Virus record (IMG/VR): IMGVR_UViG_3300037313_000577
Location: 6,384-70,383 of that record
Length of the DNA: 64,000 nt
DNA from: a virus
Taxonomy: Duplodnaviria; Caudoviricetes
Reading direction: 5' to 3' (one strand)
Shown piece after piece: positions 18,745 through 27,922 of this stretch. The notes under the pieces were generated by a model that searched no databases, was not told where the DNA came from, and saw only the letters and a list, made by a program, of their open reading frames with translations. Numbering within the stretch: the first letter of the stretch is position 1; every line of letters starts with the position of its first letter. The position numbers and the translations under genes are program-made.

Positions 18745-19239
18745 ATGACACAGGTCAACGAGTACGCCACGCAAGAAACGGACGTTGTTTTCGATGAGAA
18801 CATGTTTGCGATCAATCTGGCGGAGATTCCCGACGAGAACGCACCGATTGAAGGAACGTTCTCGGCTGTGATCGCCAAGGCGACGGCAGGCCGATCACAG
18901 AAGGGCAATCCCAAGATCGATCTGCACTGGAAGATCGAAGATGAAGGTCCGTTCCACAACCGGCGCGTGTTCGACACACTGACGTTCACCGAAAAAGCGC
19001 TCTTTCGCATTCGCGATCTGCTGCTGGCGATTGGCGAAAGTAAGAATTTCGACGGTGTTGTGACGCCAGATCTGTTGTTCGGCTCACGTGCCGACATCGT
19101 TGTGTTCATGGATGCTGGCAACGGTCAGATCGATCCACAGACGAACGAGCCGTACCCGCCCCGCCCCAAGATCAAGAAGTATCTTCCCGAAGGTGCGGGT
19201 CGCCAGCAGGGGATCGATTCGATCCTTGGCGACGATTAA
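18745..19239 (+). CDS. phage single-stranded DNA-binding protein (DUF669-like)
   Basis: PIEGTFSAVIAKATAGRSQKGNPKIDLHWKI...RRVFDTLTF, with an acidic C-terminal tip. Confidence 0.75.
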   Translation: MTQVNEYATQETDVVFDENMFAINLAEIPDENAPIEGTFSAVIAKATAGRSQKGNPKIDLHWKIEDEGPFHNRRVFDTLTFTEKALFRIRDLLLAIGESKNFDGVVTPDLLFGSRADIVVFMDAGNGQIDPQTNEPYPPRPKIKKYLPEGAGRQQGIDSILGDD

Positions 19240-19267
19240 GGATTCATCCCTCACCCTTCACACACAG

Positions 19268-19295
19268 ACGGCGGTATGCACATGCATACCGCCGT
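19268..19295 (+). terminator. hairpin after SSB gene
   Basis: ACGGCGGTATGCA-CA-TGCATACCGCCGT followed by TTG. Confidence 0.5.
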
Positions 19296-19350
19296 TTGTG
19301 CAATGACGCAAAGTATAAAATAATAGCACGGTCGATGGAGCACACACACC

Positions 19351-20646
19351 ATGACGATCAGGATACCGCTTACGCAAGGTTATCACGCACTCATAGACGA
19401 TGAGGACGAAGATCTTGTACGTCCGTACAAATGGCACATTCATGCTGGAAGCGCACAGCACATCTATGCAACGAGTGCAGTAGCAGGTAAGCGTATATGG
19501 ATGCACAGGTTGATCATGCGCACACCTGAGCATCTTGTAGTAGATCATATTTCAGGCGATACGCTTGATAATCGAAAAGCAAATCTACGAAACGTCACAC
19601 AAGCGATTAACTGCATGAACGCGCCGATGCGTCCACTTGGAATTACAGGGTTTCGCGGCGTGCAATATCGTGGGGACCGTGACAGATTTATTGTTGTTGC
19701 ACGCGATGCTGACGGTCGGCAACATAGATACGGATCTTTCAAAACAGCGGAAGAAGCTGCACGTCGATACGACGAAGTAGTACGTCGATTACATGGTCCG
19801 CTTGCACAAACAAACTTCAAGGATCACACGATGCTCGACATTCCGTGTAATACCGTATTCCATGCAGATGCTCTCACAGTTCTGCGTAAGATGCAGGGGA
19901 ATAGTGTTTCACTGATCTATGCCGATCCACCATGGAACACCGGACACAATCAGCGCATGATACGCACTGTGAATCACGGCGAATTCGTGAGCGAATTTGA
20001 ATACGCGGATGTACACATTAACTTTCGCTCATGGCTCATGGAGATTATTACAGAAGCACGGCGCGTCTTGACGCACATCGGATCGATCTATCTACATCTC
20101 GATTATCACGAAGTCCACTATATTAAGGTCGCTATGGACGCACTTTTTGGTGAGGAGTCGTTCATCAACGAGCTAATTTGGCACTGGGATTTTGGCGCAC
20201 GTGCTAAACGATACTGGCCGCGTAAGCACTCAACAATCTTATGGTACGTCAAAGATCCACGCAATTACATATTTAATTACGAAGATTTAGATCGTATGCC
20301 GTACATGACTCCTGAGCTTGTCGGCCCGGAGAAAACGGAAAGGGGCAAGACACCCACCGATGTGTGGTGGAATAGCATCGTCGGCACAAACAGCCGTGAG
20401 CGTACGGGCTACGCGTCACAGAAGCCACTACCGATTGTCGAGCGCATCATCCGCGCATCATCGCATCCCGGCGATCTGGTGATGGACATGTTTGCTGGAT
20501 CGGGAACAACTGGTGAGGCCGCATATAAGCATGGAAGGAGATTTGCGTTAGCCGATACAAATCCGCAAGCGATCAGTGTTATGCGTCAACGTTTCACACG
20601 CGTCGGCATTCCAGACGACGCGATAGATTGGGTACGGTATGAATGA
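19351..20646 (+). CDS. HNH-AP2 homing endonuclease fused in frame to a beta-class amino DNA methyltransferase
   Basis: MHRLIM...VDHISGDTLDNRKANLR and an AP2 domain, with no stop before MLDIP... (ATG 19831). Then LIYADPPW and VMDMFAGSGTT. Confidence 0.85.
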   Translation: MTIRIPLTQGYHALIDDEDEDLVRPYKWHIHAGSAQHIYATSAVAGKRIWMHRLIMRTPEHLVVDHISGDTLDNRKANLRNVTQAINCMNAPMRPLGITGFRGVQYRGDRDRFIVVARDADGRQHRYGSFKTAEEAARRYDEVVRRLHGPLAQTNFKDHTMLDIPCNTVFHADALTVLRKMQGNSVSLIYADPPWNTGHNQRMIRTVNHGEFVSEFEYADVHINFRSWLMEIITEARRVLTHIGSIYLHLDYHEVHYIKVAMDALFGEESFINELIWHWDFGARAKRYWPRKHSTILWYVKDPRNYIFNYEDLDRMPYMTPELVGPEKTERGKTPTDVWWNSIVGTNSRERTGYASQKPLPIVERIIRASSHPGDLVMDMFAGSGTTGEAAYKHGRRFALADTNPQAISVMRQRFTRVGIPDDAIDWVRYE

Positions 20647-23600
20647 CCTTGCGCACGGCACAACGGAGCAACGGGAATTCCTACAGCGATTTCTCATTGA
20701 GGGATCGCACTTTCAACTCAGTGTCGGCAAGCGCGGCGCTGCCGGAAAGCTCCAATTGTCCGACTCCTGGTACAACGGTGTTCCGCAGATCACAGGTGTG
20801 CAAGCCGATCTGAACGTCTTTTTCGCGCCTGCACAGCGCAAGCGTCACGGCTCGCTGAAAGCGGACGTGCACGGCACGCTGGCGTTGTGGGTTGATGTAG
20901 ACGATGCAGATCGCGCACACGAGCCTGTGTGTACCTTACCACCATCCGCGCTTGTGTGGTCTGGTCATGGATGGCATCTCTACTATTTCTTTCGCACACC
21001 ACTGACGGCGATCAAACAGATCGAAGCGTACAACAAGATCCTGATTAACGATGTCGAAGGTGCGGATGGATCATGTTGGAACGCGAATCGACTCATGCGC
21101 GTGCCCGGTACATGGAATCCGGGTGACGCGGGAAAGGATGAACAACCGACCGAAGCTGTGATCGTGCGCATGCGTCCGGTCGTGTACGATTGGGGCGATG
21201 TCGATGCGCTGGCGATGACCGATCTGCGAACACGCGCGCTTATTGTGAAGGGTACGCGCGAGGGATTCAAGAGTAGAAGTGAACGTGACTATTCGTGTAT
21301 CGCAGGACTCGTCGCCGCTGGCGCAACTAACGCGCTGATCGAACGGATCTATACATGGTCGCACATTGGCGATAAGATGCGCGAACATCCCGATCCGTCA
21401 CACTACCTGACGACGACGATCACCAAAGTACGCGCCGACATCGACGCGCAACTGCGTGCGGAAGGTGTCGAGCTTGACGGACCTGTGAATCGATCCATGA
21501 CCGATGCAGATCGCCGCATGCTTGCCGCCAATCTTGCTGCAACCGACGAAGAACGCGGCGCAATCAAGCCAACAGGAGCGCAAGCGCAAACGCAAGCCAA
21601 CGTCGCACAGCAAGCACGCGCGGCGAAAGGCGACGGCGATTCACAGGCCCCGAAGAAAGTCAAGAAACAGGGACGCATTCAAGGCGCGCAGATTCTCGCC
21701 AAAGACAACGGCTATTGGGTTGTCTCGCACACGACACGTCAGGTCTCGACGTTCGTGCTGCATCCAAAGATGTTGCTCGACGGCAAACAATTCAACACCG
21801 AAGATGCGCTGGTGTGCGACATCACGATTGAAACCGGTGAGCGATGGGAGGATGTCACCTTACCGCGCTCGGCATTCAATAGTGTGTCGGCGCTCGATAA
21901 ACATCTCGGCAACATGCTGTGGGTGTGGCTAGGGAACGACTCCGATGTGCGCCTGTTGATTACGCATTTAACCAAGGAAATGCGCGATGAAAACGGCGTG
22001 CTGCCGCGCATTGAAGCATCATCCACGATTGGCCTGCATCACGTGCACGATGAATATGTTTTCCTTGGCGACACACAGACGCTCACGCGTACGACGCTGT
22101 ACGAAGGATCGAGCGGACAGATCACGTGGATGCCGACACGCCGCGAGCATCCGCACATGGAGCTAGGCGGCGGCGCATGGAGCGACGAAGATCGCGCGCG
22201 TGTGGCCGCGCATCTCCCGTACATGAACGACGCGTGCCCGATGTGGATCATGATCGGCTGGTACGGCGCAACCTGCTTGAAACCATGGTTAGAAACGCAT
22301 GGGTATCGATATCCGATCTTGAATGTGACCGGCTCGAAGGGCAGTGGGAAGTGTGTCGTTGCTGGCACACTGATCGATATGGCAGACGGCACGCGCGTGC
22401 CTATCGAACAACTCCAAGACGGCGGGATCGTACGTTCGTGGGATGAAAATCTCCAAACGTTCGTGAATGCCGAATGTTCGCCGGTAGAAGCGCAAGGTGT
22501 TAAGCCGTGCGTGCATATCGACACGTGGACTGGTCGCGGGATCACAGCGTCGTACGACCATCCATTCCTGACTATCGACGGTTGGAAACAGGCGCACGAA
22601 CTTCGCGTAGGCGATTACATCATCGCGTCACGCGAACGTGACGATCTGTCGGATGATCTGCTCGATCTTCCACACGCGCGTTTTATCGGATACATGCTCG
22701 GTGATGGAAGTATGACAGCAGGAAATTGCACATTTACCAAACCAGAAGGTATGGTATTGGATCGATTCCGTGCTGTCGTACGCGCGTGCGGTTGGGAAAG
22801 TAAATTCTACTCGTACAGTGGTGCGTCAACAACGCTTGGCGTACGGAACGACGAAGCATCGGAAGGTCCACGCGATTTCTTACTGCGCATGGATCTCTAC
22901 GATCACAGAGCGCGCGAGAAGCGTGTACCGCGAGCAATCATGCGCACCAATCGTGAGATTCGCCGTGAAGTGCTCGCAGCATATTACGAGTGTGATGGGT
23001 ATCGATCCAAGACAGAACGTCGCCAGATCGAATTCTCATCGGCATCGCGTTTACTGTTGCGCGATGTACAGGAATTACTTGCGCGCGATGGTATCACATC
23101 AACTCTACGTCGTGCGCATATTGTCTATAAGGGGAATCACTACTGGAAGTTGACGATCAATGGTGACGACGCCGCATGGTTTCTCACGATCATGCCGGTC
23201 GTCGGTGAAAAGGCTGTGATGCCTGCAACGTGGAAGAATCTTCGCGTCACAGGGATTCACGGTGGCGGTATACCGATGTCGTTGGTGATGCAGGCGACAG
23301 GAGGCAAATATGCGTGGACCAAATCACTTGGATTCGCATTGTCGCCGCAATGTCGTGAAGTATCGCGCGATAAGTTGGGGAACGTGATCGATCTGCTCCG
23401 CGACTATGAACCACAGATCGCAGCGCGTCTGCAAGCGTTATTGCGTGATGACGTGAGCTACGAGCGCGTGAGTGAGGTACGTGACGTGGGTGATGTCGAA
23501 ACATACAACATCGAAGTGTACGATACGCACACGTTCGTCGCAGAAGGACTTGTCACCCACAACACGACCATGACGCAGCGCGTGTTGATGCCATTGTTCG

Positions 23601-24562
23601 GACAGCCGGAAGGACGCGCCTACAACGCCGGGACAACACCGTTTGTGATCCTCTCACTCTTAGGCAGCGCGAACGCAACACCCATCGCGTTTTCGGAGTT
23701 TCGAGTCGAGAGCGTGGAGAAGTTCAATCGCACGATCTTGATGGCCTACGACACCGGACATGATCCGCGCGGACGTGGTGATCAAACGACGGTGGATTAT
23801 CCGCTCAGTGCACCGTTCTCTGTGGACGGCGAAGATGTCATCAACGACGCCGCCGCGCGTGAACGGATTGTCGTCGCGCGTCTGCGTCCTGACACCGTGG
23901 CAGAGGGATCGAGCGCGTACGCGCATTTCCACGCCTTTCGTGACAGCGTGCCGCGCTCGTTCGCCGGACATTTCATCCAGAAGTGTTTGCAAGCGATCAG
24001 CACGGACGAAGCTGCAACGATGCTGGCAGATGCACGCCGCGCGATGTTCGACGCGTTTCCGTCCAAATTGCCGGATCGCGTGCGCAACAATTACACCGTC
24101 GTGTTGTTTGGCGCGCGACTCGTCGCAGCAGCACTGGGCTGTGATCCGCCCGATCCACGCATCTTCGAGTCGAGCATCGCGGAGTTAGTGTCCTTGACAA
24201 CCGGACGATCACGCACGCTGGTGGATGATTTTGTCGAGTCGGTCGTGAATGCCATGCGTGGCATGCAAGCAAACATATTCGGACACAAGTACGACGAACG
24301 CGCGAATGTGCTGTATGTGCAACTGTCAACCGCACACGCGTGGTGGTTGCAGCAGCGCAGACGCCAGGGACGCGGCACGATGGAGCGCGATTCGATCAAC
24401 GCGCAGTTACGTGAAGCGATCTACTTCACGGAGACAAAGGTGATCGAAGGGATGATCATGTACGGGATCGACCTGGGTGCGGCACAGGATGCAGGCTTGG
24501 ACATTCCCAATCGCTTGCAGCAAACCATGCGCATCACCGTTCCGAACGTGATCAATAGTTAA
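20639..24562 (+). CDS. primase (RepB-type)-helicase (DUF927/SF3-like) with intein
   Basis: ALWVDVDD, SGHGWHLYY and RLMRVPGTWN primase motifs. P-loop GSKGSGK/TT is split by an intein. Confidence 0.85.
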   Translation: MNDLAHGTTEQREFLQRFLIEGSHFQLSVGKRGAAGKLQLSDSWYNGVPQITGVQADLNVFFAPAQRKRHGSLKADVHGTLALWVDVDDADRAHEPVCTLPPSALVWSGHGWHLYYFFRTPLTAIKQIEAYNKILINDVEGADGSCWNANRLMRVPGTWNPGDAGKDEQPTEAVIVRMRPVVYDWGDVDALAMTDLRTRALIVKGTREGFKSRSERDYSCIAGLVAAGATNALIERIYTWSHIGDKMREHPDPSHYLTTTITKVRADIDAQLRAEGVELDGPVNRSMTDADRRMLAANLAATDEERGAIKPTGAQAQTQANVAQQARAAKGDGDSQAPKKVKKQGRIQGAQILAKDNGYWVVSHTTRQVSTFVLHPKMLLDGKQFNTEDALVCDITIETGERWEDVTLPRSAFNSVSALDKHLGNMLWVWLGNDSDVRLLITHLTKEMRDENGVLPRIEASSTIGLHHVHDEYVFLGDTQTLTRTTLYEGSSGQITWMPTRREHPHMELGGGAWSDEDRARVAAHLPYMNDACPMWIMIGWYGATCLKPWLETHGYRYPILNVTGSKGSGKCVVAGTLIDMADGTRVPIEQLQDGGIVRSWDENLQTFVNAECSPVEAQGVKPCVHIDTWTGRGITASYDHPFLTIDGWKQAHELRVGDYIIASRERDDLSDDLLDLPHARFIGYMLGDGSMTAGNCTFTKPEGMVLDRFRAVVRACGWESKFYSYSGASTTLGVRNDEASEGPRDFLLRMDLYDHRAREKRVPRAIMRTNREIRREVLAAYYECDGYRSKTERRQIEFSSASRLLLRDVQELLARDGITSTLRRAHIVYKGNHYWKLTINGDDAAWFLTIMPVVGEKAVMPATWKNLRVTGIHGGGIPMSLVMQATGGKYAWTKSLGFALSPQCREVSRDKLGNVIDLLRDYEPQIAARLQALLRDDVSYERVSEVRDVGDVETYNIEVYDTHTFVAEGLVTHNTTMTQRVLMPLFGQPEGRAYNAGTTPFVILSLLGSANATPIAFSEFRVESVEKFNRTILMAYDTGHDPRGRGDQTTVDYPLSAPFSVDGEDVINDAAARERIVVARLRPDTVAEGSSAYAHFHAFRDSVPRSFAGHFIQKCLQAISTDEAATMLADARRAMFDAFPSKLPDRVRNNYTVVLFGARLVAAALGCDPPDPRIFESSIAELVSLTTGRSRTLVDDFVESVVNAMRGMQANIFGHKYDERANVLYVQLSTAHAWWLQQRRRQGRGTMERDSINAQLREAIYFTETKVIEGMIMYGIDLGAAQDAGLDIPNRLQQTMRITVPNVINS
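22352..23563 (+). mobile_element. 404-aa intein with LAGLIDADG homing endonuclease
   Basis: Starts CVVAGT right after the Walker A Lys and ends VTHN before Thr. Block B TASYDHPFLT; FIGYMLGDG and VLAAYYECDG endonuclease motifs. Confidence 0.92.
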
Positions 24563-24573
24563 TTGGAGTAGTC

Positions 24574-24978
24574 ATGTCCACGGATCGCGAGTACGAACAG
24601 CGCCAACTTCCCCTGATGCCCGATGCGCCTGAGCGCGCGCAAAAAGTCGCACGCTCGTCGCATGTCGTCGGCGGCGTCTTAGTGGTGCAGCACGACGACG
24701 GCACATACGGACTCCTGTTTGCGGATCAGATCTCTGACGGCGCTGTGAATCCGCTTGCGGATGACGCACACACCTTTGACATTCACATGCGCGTCGTCAA
24801 GCCCGAAGGTGTCCGCGCGTACAAAGCTGACTTCATCGCCGCACCGCGCTTTCAAGGCGCGTATCTACGATCAGGGACGTACGTCGTAGACACGCGGCCA
24901 CAGCACCAGAGGAACACGCAACCTAAAGTCGAACGCGCGCGTATCTCCGCGCGTAAGAAGGAGCACACACGTGATTAA
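24574..24978 (+). CDS. hypothetical protein
   Basis: GGAG RBS, 134 aa. Confidence 0.5.
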   Translation: MSTDREYEQRQLPLMPDAPERAQKVARSSHVVGGVLVVQHDDGTYGLLFADQISDGAVNPLADDAHTFDIHMRVVKPEGVRAYKADFIAAPRFQGAYLRSGTYVVDTRPQHQRNTQPKVERARISARKKEHTRD

Positions 24979-26047
24979 TCTCGCATCGCACGCCTGGAAT
25001 GCGGTTGAGGATTTTGAGATCACGAAGGTCCATCCAAGACAGCGATTTACTATTCACAACGACGACAACGCACGTATTCGCATCGATTTCCCTGTGAATC
25101 GCGCATACGACGGTCTACGCTTCCTGTTCCCGGCACATCTGATCACAGGAATGATTTACCCACAGGAGTCGTTCCTGTTGCACTTCACGACAACTTCCGG
25201 CGATGAGCGTATGCGCATTGCCGCTATCGTACGCGGGTGCCACACAACAGAAGTGGATGTGTCAGGTCGTGTGTACGTGCGTCTTGATGAGCATACGACG
25301 TGCGCCGATCAAGATCTGTTGAAGTTGATCTCTGATAAGCCAGCAGGATCATCGCAACCGACATCGTACGTGGACATGTATACCGCCGCAACGAGCCACA
25401 CGGATACCACACCGCTCGAAACGTTACACGCGATGCTGAATGACGTGAATGGGGAAGTACGTGGTGGTGAAGGGATCGTAGAACGACTTGAAGATGTGTT
25501 GTACGAGCTAAGCAGCTATCGCGACGGTATGCACGCAACTATGCTCGACACATACCAACGATGGGCATTTACGAAAGTGAATGCTGAAGCTGTGTATGCC
25601 GTGCCGCGCGGATTACTTCTGAATGCCGCGCTTGGACTTACCGGAGAAGCGGGAGAGTTCGCGGATACGATCAAGAAGATCGTTTTTCACAACCATCCCG
25701 TAGACAGTGAATCAACGCATGCGCTGGCCTTAGAGCTAGGCGACATCCTCTGGTATGTGGCGCTTGCGGCCTCTGGTATCGGCTATCCGCTCGACGCCAT
25801 ACGCGCGCTTAATGTCAAGAAGCTCAATACGCGCTACCCGAACGGATTCGACGCCGCGCGCTCGATCCATCGCGAAAGTTCTCCAACAGAGAACGGTTCT
25901 CTCGTAGAGAACGATGCAGCGGAGGATGGTTCTCTAGCAGAGAACGGTTCTCTATCAGAGAACGGTACGACGGTAGACGGCGTAGAGTACGCGGAGATCG
26001 ATTCCGATCTGCTTCCACATCGCACCATCAATGTTAACCGGAGCTAA
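24971..26047 (+). CDS. MazG-like nucleotide pyrophosphohydrolase with unknown N-terminal domain
   Basis: ALGLTGEAGEFADTIKK...ELGDILWYV...NVKKLNTRYP. Confidence 0.8.
   Translation: MINLASHAWNAVEDFEITKVHPRQRFTIHNDDNARIRIDFPVNRAYDGLRFLFPAHLITGMIYPQESFLLHFTTTSGDERMRIAAIVRGCHTTEVDVSGRVYVRLDEHTTCADQDLLKLISDKPAGSSQPTSYVDMYTAATSHTDTTPLETLHAMLNDVNGEVRGGEGIVERLEDVLYELSSYRDGMHATMLDTYQRWAFTKVNAEAVYAVPRGLLLNAALGLTGEAGEFADTIKKIVFHNHPVDSESTHALALELGDILWYVALAASGIGYPLDAIRALNVKKLNTRYPNGFDAARSIHRESSPTENGSLVENDAAEDGSLAENGSLSENGTTVDGVEYAEIDSDLLPHRTINVNRS
25888..25966. repeat. 18-bp-period palindromic repeat (AGAGAACGGTTCTCT)
   Basis: Perfect copies at 25888 and 25939, partial or variant copies at 25906, 25921 and 25957. 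Encodes ENGSLx. Confidence 0.8.
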
Positions 26048-26049
26048 GC

Positions 26050-26652
26050 ATGAACGTCCTGATCGCCTGCGAGTATAGCGGTATCGTTCGTGATGCGTTC
26101 GCCGCACGCGGACACAATGCCTGGTCCTGTGATCTGCTGCCGTCTGAAACGCCAGGACAACACTCGCGCGGCGATGTCCGTCCGCTCTTAGATCTTGGTT
26201 GGGATTTGATGATCGCGTTTCCACCGTGCACCTATTTATGTAAAGCAGGTGCCGTGTGGATGCACGGATCACGCGCGCGCCGTCATGAACGCATGCGCGC
26301 GCGTGATCACGCGATTGCATTCTTTATGGAGCTTGCACACGCGCCGATCCCGAAGATCGCGATTGAGAATCCGGTCGGGATTATGGCGCACAGGTGGCGA
26401 CCATCCGATCAACGCATTCAACCATACATGTTCGGTGATGACGCACAGAAAACAACGTGCTTATGGTTGAAAAATCTCCCGCCGCTCGTACCAACCAAGA
26501 TCGTTGACGTGACGTACGTGACTCTCGGTAACGGACGCAGAGTGTGCAAGTGGGAGTACGACAACTTAAAGCTTCCAACACCTCTGCGTGGACGCGAACG
26601 CTCACGCACATTCAAGGGCATCGCACAGGCGATGGCTGATCAATGGGGTTAA
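26050..26652 (+). CDS. short C5-cytosine DNA methyltransferase-like protein
   Basis: VLIACEYSG (motif I variant), SCDL, AFPPC catalytic Pro-Cys, IENP. Confidence 0.7.
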   Translation: MNVLIACEYSGIVRDAFAARGHNAWSCDLLPSETPGQHSRGDVRPLLDLGWDLMIAFPPCTYLCKAGAVWMHGSRARRHERMRARDHAIAFFMELAHAPIPKIAIENPVGIMAHRWRPSDQRIQPYMFGDDAQKTTCLWLKNLPPLVPTKIVDVTYVTLGNGRRVCKWEYDNLKLPTPLRGRERSRTFKGIAQAMADQWG

Positions 26653-26653
26653 C

Positions 26654-27109
26654 ATGCGCAATGTCTATCTGGCAGGGCCGATCACAGGCGTGCAAGCAGG
26701 ACCGCAATTCGATTGGCGGCGCACGATCATGCGCGTGCTGTTGCGTAAGTTTGATGATGTGCGCTGTGTGAATCCACTGCGCGGTATTCCATTCGATGAC
26801 GACGAAATCATGATCGCTGATACGGTTGCGCGCGCGGAACACACCACGACAGCGCACGCGCTCATCCAACGCTGTTACGCCGATGTCATGCACGCTCACA
26901 TCGTCGTCGCGAATTTCTTGCACGCAGAGCGCGCGTCGATTGGATCGTGTTTCGAGATGGCCTGGTGCTATACGGAGCACATTCCGCTCGTCGTCATCAT
27001 GCAACCGGAGAACGTACACGCGCATCCGTTTGTACGCATGGCGGCAGGCTGGATCGTGCCGACGCTGGCACTCGCGACCGATGTCGTGGTAACGCATCTG
27101 GAAAAGTAA
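26654..27109 (+). CDS. nucleoside 2-deoxyribosyltransferase-like protein
   Basis: VYLAGPI...NP...D...IVVAN...SIGSCFEMAW family pattern. Confidence 0.7.
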   Translation: MRNVYLAGPITGVQAGPQFDWRRTIMRVLLRKFDDVRCVNPLRGIPFDDDEIMIADTVARAEHTTTAHALIQRCYADVMHAHIVVANFLHAERASIGSCFEMAWCYTEHIPLVVIMQPENVHAHPFVRMAAGWIVPTLALATDVVVTHLEK

Positions 27110-27129
27110 CACACATGAAGGACACACAC

Positions 27130-27387
27130 ATGTCTGATGATCCGGTCGCACGCATTGATCGCGCTCTACAAGAAGCGTTGGCACGCAACGATCAGCAAGC
27201 GGTTATCGATATTCTCAATATTATCATCGCCAGCGAAGGTGTGCCACACGGCGATCTGTATGTGGACTATCGCGACGGTGGCTATGTGCTGTGTGACGCG
27301 GCGACGTGCGTGCCGTTAGCACGCGACGAATTGAACGACGCCGCAATGAGTACGAACGCACGGAAGTGGCTCACAGCACCACGCTAA
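27130..27387 (+). CDS. hypothetical protein
   Basis: GAAGGA RBS, 85 aa. Confidence 0.5.
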   Translation: MSDDPVARIDRALQEALARNDQQAVIDILNIIIASEGVPHGDLYVDYRDGGYVLCDAATCVPLARDELNDAAMSTNARKWLTAPR

Positions 27388-27460
27388 GCTCGAATCACCA
27401 TCAGGTACACGGATGGCCGCGCGGTACGCTGCGTGCGTACGGCGCGGTCACGAAAGGCGT

Positions 27461-27922
27461 ATGATGCACAGGGATGATCCGCGTGCGCCGGGAAGCGCAC
27501 ACACACAGCCACAGGCCCCGCTCGACCACTTTAACGATTTTCAGGCGTACGTGACCGATCCGCGCTGCATGCCAGCATCGTCGGTCACGGCGAGCCAGAT
27601 CAAGCGCACGCTTGAATTCACGCGCTCGATCAAAGGCGTGCGAGATCGCGGCCAGCTTCTTGCTGCACTCCTGGTCAGCGTTGCCATTGAAGCGCATTAC
27701 GCCGGGTACAGCATGCGCGATGTCGCCATGCGTGCTGTTGACATGTTGCACTGGACAGGAGGTGAGAGCACACAGATCGCGCGTGACATGATCCTGTCGG
27801 CCATCGCGCGCAGTAACGACCGGCACGATTCACAGGTCCGCACGTATGCCGGTCCTGGGATCGTCTTTGAACAGCACGCCGATCAGATCCTCAGTGTGGA
27901 GGAAGAAACACGTGAGCGCTAA
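27461..27922 (+). CDS. hypothetical helical protein
   Basis: Overlaps the polymerase start. Start uncertain. Confidence 0.45.
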   Translation: MMHRDDPRAPGSAHTQPQAPLDHFNDFQAYVTDPRCMPASSVTASQIKRTLEFTRSIKGVRDRGQLLAALLVSVAIEAHYAGYSMRDVAMRAVDMLHWTGGESTQIARDMILSAIARSNDRHDSQVRTYAGPGIVFEQHADQILSVEEETRER

